Shown: positions 58,824-64,000 of the stretch, one piece after another
How the letters are laid out: each line of letters begins with the position of its first letter
How positions within the stretch are numbered: the first letter of the stretch is position 1
NCBI GenBank assembly: GCA_963667725.2
Contig: CAXXHO010000003.1
Location: 832,001-896,000, forward strand
DNA: 64,000 nucleotides
Reading direction: 5' to 3'
Origin: Treponemataceae bacterium
GTDB taxonomy: Bacteria > Spirochaetota > Spirochaetia > Treponematales > Rectinemataceae
Program-made: the position numbers and the translations under genes
Notes under the pieces: generated by a model
Told to the model about the DNA's origin: nothing
Seen by the model: the letters and a program-made list of their open reading frames with translations, nothing else
The model's database searches: none

Positions 58824-59984
58824 TCAACCTTTCTCGTAGGAATAGCTCAGCGCCTCGCGATGTTCAAACCGCTCGACGGCGAGGGAGAGAAGGGTATCCA
58901 GGAGCTCGGGGTAGGGCAGACCGCCCGCCTCGCACATCCGTGGATACATGGAGATGGCGGTAAATCCGGGAATGGTGTTCACTTCGTTGATGAGAATATC
59001 GCCGGTGCGTCGGTCGATGAAAAAATCCACCCGGGCCATTCCCGATAGTCCGCAAGCCTTGTATGCCTTGACGGCGAGGGCCTGGATGGTTTCAGCCTGC
59101 TGGGGAGGGATGGAAGCCGGAACGCAGAGCGTTGCTCCATTGGGGTCCTTGTACTTGGCCTCGTAATCGTAGAATTCGTGGGCCGGCATAATTTCGCCCG
59201 GCGCGAAGGCCTTGGGCTTTTCGTTGCCCAGCACGGCGCATTCGATTTCCCTGGCGCTGATGAATTTCTCCACGAGAACCTTTTCGTCGTAGGCGAGGGC
59301 AATATCCAGAGCCGCCTCAAGCGCCTCCATATTCCCGGCTTTCGAGGCGCCGACGGAGGAGCCGCAGCTGGAGGGTTTGACGAAGCAGGGCCAGCCGAAT
59401 CGGGCCTCGATTTTCCTTGAGAGGTTGGCCATGAACTGTGGGTTGGCCCTGTCCGCGGCCCTCACCAGGATCGAATCGACCACGGGGAGCCCCTCACGGA
59501 GCCAGAGTTCCTTGGCCACGTGCTTGTCCATGCCTATGGCGGAACCGAGGACGCCGGCGCCCACGTAGGGGAGACCCGCGCACTCGAGGAGGCCTTGTAT
59601 CGTCCCATCCTCGCCGAAGGTGCCGTGCAGCACGGGAAAGACAATGTCGCAGCCGAGATTTTCGGTTCCGCCATCGCGCTTCTCGACGAAGAGACCTGCT
59701 CCGGGGGCCACGAAAACCCTGCGTCCTTGGTTGATGGGAGGCAGTCCGCTCATGCCCTGGCGGCCTTCGGATCCTTCGCCCGTCTTGTCGTCCGCTTCTG
59801 CGGCCATTCTCGCGCTTTTCAGCGCGGACGCGTCCTGGAGAAGCCATTCCCCCGTTTTCTTTATGCCGATGAGGAGGACTTTATATTTCTTGGCGTTGAG
59901 CTGCCGCACGATGCTGGCCGCCGAAATGAGGGAGACTTCATGCTCTCCCGATTTGCCGCCGTAGAGAATCGCTATTGTCTTCAT
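58824..59984 (-). CDS. ddl: D-alanine--D-alanine ligase
   Basis: GGKSGEHEVS, LHGTFGEDG, GSSVG, YDYEAKY, NEVNTIPGFT. Confidence 0.95.
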   Translation of the reverse strand: MKTIAILYGGKSGEHEVSLISAASIVRQLNAKKYKVLLIGIKKTGEWLLQDASALKSARMAAEADDKTGEGSEGRQGMSGLPPINQGRRVFVAPGAGLFVEKRDGGTENLGCDIVFPVLHGTFGEDGTIQGLLECAGLPYVGAGVLGSAIGMDKHVAKELWLREGLPVVDSILVRAADRANPQFMANLSRKIEARFGWPCFVKPSSCGSSVGASKAGNMEALEAALDIALAYDEKVLVEKFISAREIECAVLGNEKPKAFAPGEIMPAHEFYDYEAKYKDPNGATLCVPASIPPQQAETIQALAVKAYKACGLSGMARVDFFIDRRTGDILINEVNTIPGFTAISMYPRMCEAGGLPYPELLDTLLSLAVERFEHREALSYSYEKG

Positions 59985-60003
59985 AACACGTCCTTTTAAG
60001 AAA

Positions 60004-61572
60004 TCAGGATTGAGCCGCGGAATCGTCAAGGAATCCCATTTCCTCGAGCGCGGCGACGGCTTCGGCTTCCTCGTCGTAAGGTATTGAATGATCTTTGTAG
60101 ATTATGGAATTTTCATGTCCCTTGCCGAGAAGGAGAACCGCGTCATGGGCTCCCGCCATGGAAAACGCCTTGCGTATGGCCTGGGGGCGGTCGGGAATGA
60201 GGAAGAGCCTCTCCCCGCGCTGAAGTCTGGGGCAGCCGGCGGCGATATCCTCGAGGAGGTCCATAGGATTTTCTCCCCGCGGATCCTCGTCGGTAAGGAT
60301 GAGGACATCGCAGTATTCGGCCGCCACCGCTCCCTGCCTGGGGCGCTTTTCGGTGTCCCTTTCTCCGCCCGAGCCGAAAAGGCAGAAGATCCTGCCTCCG
60401 ACGCGTTTGCGTATCAGGGGAAGTATGGCCTCGAAGGAAGAGGGCGTATGGGCATAGTCGATGATCACTTCGAAGGGTTGGCCCTTCTCTATGTTCATCA
60501 TTCTTCCGCGCACAGGCTTCAGCGCGGGCAGGAGGGGAAGGAGTTCGGCGTAGGGTTTTCCCGTCGCGGCGGAGACGGCCAGAAGCGCCGCGAGGCTGTT
60601 GCCTACGTTGAATTCGCCGGGCAGGTTGATCCTGGCGGGCACTCCGCTCAATCCCAGCTCCGGCGCTTCGACGAGGAAGCTGGAGCCTTGGGGATCCGAT
60701 ACGATCCGGGCTGCCGAAATCGTCGCCGTGGCGCCCTTCGCCGAATAGGAAAGCACCGGCTTCGTCGTGCAGGACGCGAAATATCCGGCGCTCGGATCGT
60801 CGGCGTTGACGATGCCGGCTGAGGAGACGCGTATGGGCTCTCCCTTGAGCGATTTCATGTGGTCATGGGCGTCCAGGTTCCTGAACAGATTGGCCTTGTC
60901 ATGACGGTACTGTTCCCAGGTGCCGTGGAATTCCAGATGTTCGCTCGTGACGTTGGTCATGATCCCGATGTCGAAGGCGACGTCGGCGAGCCTGCCCGTG
61001 CGCGCGCTGAGCCCATGGCTGGAGGATTCGACCACGGCGCAGACATATCCCGCGTCGCGCATCATGGCGAGCATCCTCTGTACGGCCGTGGCCTCGGGCG
61101 TCGTCTGGTGCTCCGGATTGGGTCTTTCGCCCGACCCTGTGTCCGACATGACCGTCGAAAAGAAGCCCGCTTTCGCGCCAGCGAGATTGAGGAGCTGGTA
61201 GATAAGGGAGACCGTCGTGCTCTTGCCTTCGGTTCCCGTCACGCCGATGACGCTGAGGGACGAGGAAGGGCGATCGTAAAAAGCCGCGGCCAAAGGCCCC
61301 ATGCTTAGGCGGGCATCGGCGACGCGCGCGTAGCTTATGCCGGGAACGGGGTTTTGGATGATTTTATCGTGGATGATGGCCGCGGCTCCGCGAGCTATGG
61401 CGGCGGCGATATAGTCGTGTCCGTCGCTATGGATGCCCTGGAAGGCCGCGAAGATGTCGCCTTTCGCGATCTTCCGCGAATCGTACTCGATTCCGGAAAT
61501 CTCGGGATCGGAACCTAGGGACACCGAAATCGGCTCAAGGGCGGCGATGAGGGACGAAAAGCGTCTGTTCAT
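60004..61572 (-). CDS. murE: MurE ligase (third stem amino acid)
   Basis: GVTGTEGKST, ESSSHG, EHLEFH, DYAHTP, DEDPR, GKGHE. Confidence 0.93.
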   Translation of the reverse strand: MNRRFSSLIAALEPISVSLGSDPEISGIEYDSRKIAKGDIFAAFQGIHSDGHDYIAAAIARGAAAIIHDKIIQNPVPGISYARVADARLSMGPLAAAFYDRPSSSLSVIGVTGTEGKSTTVSLIYQLLNLAGAKAGFFSTVMSDTGSGERPNPEHQTTPEATAVQRMLAMMRDAGYVCAVVESSSHGLSARTGRLADVAFDIGIMTNVTSEHLEFHGTWEQYRHDKANLFRNLDAHDHMKSLKGEPIRVSSAGIVNADDPSAGYFASCTTKPVLSYSAKGATATISAARIVSDPQGSSFLVEAPELGLSGVPARINLPGEFNVGNSLAALLAVSAATGKPYAELLPLLPALKPVRGRMMNIEKGQPFEVIIDYAHTPSSFEAILPLIRKRVGGRIFCLFGSGGERDTEKRPRQGAVAAEYCDVLILTDEDPRGENPMDLLEDIAAGCPRLQRGERLFLIPDRPQAIRKAFSMAGAHDAVLLLGKGHENSIIYKDHSIPYDEEAEAVAALEEMGFLDDSAAQS

Positions 61573-61650
61573 TTCGGATGGAGGATATCATGGAGGAGAA
61601 AGGGATTCAACAGGGATGCGGCGGGAAGGGATCGCGGGTATGCGCTTCCA

Positions 61651-61689
61651 TGAAAAAGCCGCGCCGGAAGTACTTCCGGCGCGGCTTTC
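61651..61689 (-). terminator. Intrinsic terminator
   Basis: aaagccgcgccggaag/cttccggcgcggcttt. Confidence 0.75.
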
Positions 61690-61727
61690 CCGCTCAGCAT
61701 TGAGCTTGGAAGGGTGGTCTGGGACTC

Positions 61728-62267
61728 CTACAGCACTACCTTCAGCCCCGCGTAGACGACATAGGGTACGGTGGTCAGGTCGAAGGAAGTCGGGATCAAG
61801 CCCATGGCGCCTCCGCCGATCCTGAAGGCGTTTTTCTTGCCGATGCCCAGCCAGACGGAGAGGTCGGGGATGAAGGCCCCGAGTTCCTCGAAACCGAAGT
61901 TGTTGGGTATGCCATAATAGGCCAGGAAGTAGCCACCGAGACTCGCGTCGATCGATAGGGCTCCCAGGGCGAGCTCAGCCTGCACGATGGGATATGCCGC
62001 CGACGCGATCAGGGCCGTCCATGCCTTGATGCCGGCGCCCAGCTTGATGGGACCGGCGTCGAGCTGGAGAAGAAGGGCGAGGTTGGGAATGGGGATGATG
62101 CCCACTTCGTCGAGTATGCTCCCGATATCCCCAATATCAGCGGTATTTCCGTTGAAGACGCCAAAAGTAATCGGTGCGCTCGCGCCTATCTCGAACCGGA
62201 ACTGGCTGAACGCGGCGGGAACCGAAATGCAGAGTATCAGAACCATGCAGATAAGAATCTTCTTCAT
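61728..62267 (-). CDS. Putative small outer-membrane beta-barrel protein
   Basis: GAGGAGG RBS, signal peptide, amphipathic strands, C-terminal YAGLKVVL. Confidence 0.6.
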   Translation of the reverse strand: MKKILICMVLILCISVPAAFSQFRFEIGASAPITFGVFNGNTADIGDIGSILDEVGIIPIPNLALLLQLDAGPIKLGAGIKAWTALIASAAYPIVQAELALGALSIDASLGGYFLAYYGIPNNFGFEELGAFIPDLSVWLGIGKKNAFRIGGGAMGLIPTSFDLTTVPYVVYAGLKVVL

Positions 62268-62392
62268 TATAGCCTCCTCGGACAATGTGGAATTCTAAAT
62301 CGCCTTGCTTAGTCAAGTATAGCCCAAAAAGGGCGCAAATCAAGTCATAGGCTGGCTTGCCAAGCTTTATGGGAAGGGATATCGTTCGAAAT

Positions 62393-62755
62393 ATGTTCAC
62401 CGTGAGAATAGAAGCGGGTTTCGCCGCGGCGCACCGCCTGATCCATTACAACGGAAAGTGCGAACGGCTCCATGGCCACAATTATAAAGTGAGGGTGTGG
62501 GCGGAAGGGGATAGCCTGGGCGAAGGCGGCATGCTTGTCGATTTCGGGATCCTGAAGAAGGCCTTGGGCGACATCATCGTAAAGCTCGATCACTCCGATC
62601 TCAACGAGATTCCGCAGTTCGCCGACGATCCGAGCGCCGAGAAGATCGCGAAATATGTCTTCGACGGCATTCTGGCCGCCCATCCCGAGCTTCCGGTTTC
62701 GGCCGTGGACGTTTTCGAGACCGAGACTTCGATGGCCAGGTACGCAAAAGTCTAG
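62393..62755 (+). CDS. queD: 6-carboxytetrahydropterin synthase
   Basis: FAAAH, CERLHGHNY, DFG, LDH, SAE, ET. Confidence 0.9.
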   Translation: MFTVRIEAGFAAAHRLIHYNGKCERLHGHNYKVRVWAEGDSLGEGGMLVDFGILKKALGDIIVKLDHSDLNEIPQFADDPSAEKIAKYVFDGILAAHPELPVSAVDVFETETSMARYAKV

Positions 62756-62763
62756 AAGCTCGC

Positions 62764-64000
62764 TCAGCTCCAGCCCGTAACCTTCGCGAGCGGCTTGAAT
62801 CCGCATCCTTCCCCAAGCGCGTCGAGAAGCGGCGAGAGTTCGGCCTTTTCGCCGACGCGCAGGGATAGGGTGGCCGTCGCGTCGGTCTCCCTCATTTTCG
62901 CGTCCACGACGATCTTCCTTCCCTTCGATCCTTCCGGAAAAACATAGAGTCGGCCATGGTCATCGCGTTTCGCGGTGTAGGAAAGCTGGCGTTCAGCGGC
63001 AAATGCCTCAAAGGTTCCCCGCAAGACATCGGAATGTTCAGCCGGCAGGGCGATCTCGATATCGACGAAAGAAGGGCTCGGCGCTTTTTCCAGGCGCGTG
63101 AAGGCCGGAAAACTCGATGCGTCGGCTGGCACCCGACTTTCGGGCTTGGCGACGGATGAGTGGGCGCTCTCAAGCCTGGAAAGGAGAAGTTCCGTTCTTT
63201 TCGCGTCAGGGCCGTAGAGCGCCACGGCGCCGCGACCGTACCGGCCCCGCACAAAGAGGCCGTTGAACGGCGAGTTGCCGGAAAAGAGCAGTTCCTTGGC
63301 TTCGAAAACTATGTTTTCGGCGCCAGGGACCTTGGCCGACAGGCTGCGCAGCAACCAGGAGATCCTGTAAGCGGGATCGGCTTCCGAAAGATCCTCCGGA
63401 TAATCGAGGACAAGATAGGTCGGGGCGAACTTGGCCTTGGCGGCAAGCAGTGCTTCGATCTTCTCGGAATGCTTGAAAACGGGGGGAACCACGAGATTGT
63501 GGCCCGTCATCGCTTCTATCGCCTCGCCGTCCGCGCAGACGCCGCAGCCGGAGCAATCCTTGCCGAGACAGGAGAACCTGTCGTCCAGTCGTTTCGCCTC
63601 GATGTAATGCTTGTGGAGAACCTTGAAATTCCGTTCGTCCTCGAGGAAGGCAAGGGGAGGGCGATACTCCGAAGTTTTCTCCGCCGGAAAGGAAGCCTCG
63701 GAATCCCTGCCCAGTACAGAGGGGCGCAGCGATTTCCAGGACCCCTCGCCAAGCGAAAAGTCGTAGACGAAGCCCATGGAGGGGATTTTTTCCAGCCATC
63801 GATAGGCTATGCTTCCGGCGAGCGAAAGCGTCTGGTCCACGAAAGATTCCTCGGCGTCGGAAGCCAGCCTGAATTCTATGCCGGCGCGTTCGCAGGCTTC
63901 GCGCAGAAGCAGGGCGAGGCGCACGAGTTTTTCCCTGTCGAATTCGAGGGGGGCGTACTGGAGCGGCGTGAAGGGCAGTCTGACCAGGAATCCGGCCGAG
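62764..64000 (-). CDS. C-terminal part of a probable radical SAM protein (TIGR03960-like); 5' end outside the window
   Basis: Frame stays open past the track start to the window edge (SAGFLVRLPFTPLQY); Cys cluster CLGKDCSGCGVC. Confidence 0.55.
   Translation of the reverse strand, partial: SAGFLVRLPFTPLQYAPLEFDREKLVRLALLLREACERAGIEFRLASDAEESFVDQTLSLAGSIAYRWLEKIPSMGFVYDFSLGEGSWKSLRPSVLGRDSEASFPAEKTSEYRPPLAFLEDERNFKVLHKHYIEAKRLDDRFSCLGKDCSGCGVCADGEAIEAMTGHNLVVPPVFKHSEKIEALLAAKAKFAPTYLVLDYPEDLSEADPAYRISWLLRSLSAKVPGAENIVFEAKELLFSGNSPFNGLFVRGRYGRGAVALYGPDAKRTELLLSRLESAHSSVAKPESRVPADASSFPAFTRLEKAPSPSFVDIEIALPAEHSDVLRGTFEAFAAERQLSYTAKRDDHGRLYVFPEGSKGRKIVVDAKMRETDATATLSLRVGEKAELSPLLDALGEGCGFKPLAKVTGWS

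Noticed and set aside
1..64000. CRISPR arrays, tRNA/rRNA genes, IS elements, prophage genes, riboswitches before queD/folE2/ftcD
   Set aside because: None recognised by eye; a covariance-model search would be needed to exclude small RNAs fully.

Overview
Bacterial chromosomal window, very likely a spirochaete (Treponema/Rectinema-like). This rests on the rpsT-hbb-bactofilin-rho-rpmE gene order, a MurE with an EDPR motif, and spirochaete-type OMP and adhesin-like genes. Most of it is housekeeping: nth, argF, nrnA, rdgB, mutL, a pyrF-pyrE fusion, rex, a DEAD helicase, ftcD, potABCD, folD, folE2, miaB, rocD, ddl, murE and queD. No rRNA, tRNA, CRISPR array or transposase was recognised. Two accessory modules look more AT-rich by eye. 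Module 1 (1-10130) has an Fbp/AfuA-type ABC importer with two ATPases, a membrane-anchored AraC sensor, a beta-CASP/MBL hydrolase and a circularly permuted cofactor-independent phosphoglycerate mutase homologue that is missing from the ORF track; this is the best candidate for an undescribed system. Module 2 (40700-46150) has an amino-acid-sensing dCache_1 two-component system, a secreted M20 hydrolase and a Glu/Asp symporter. Other signals outside the ORF track are a 56-aa zinc-ribbon gene, a candidate anti-Shine-Dalgarno (CCUCCU) sRNA, tandem ARG boxes before rocD, an operator over the CoA-disulfide reductase promoter, a repeated terminator-like element and several apparently leaderless genes. 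All product calls come from reading motifs; no database search was run.
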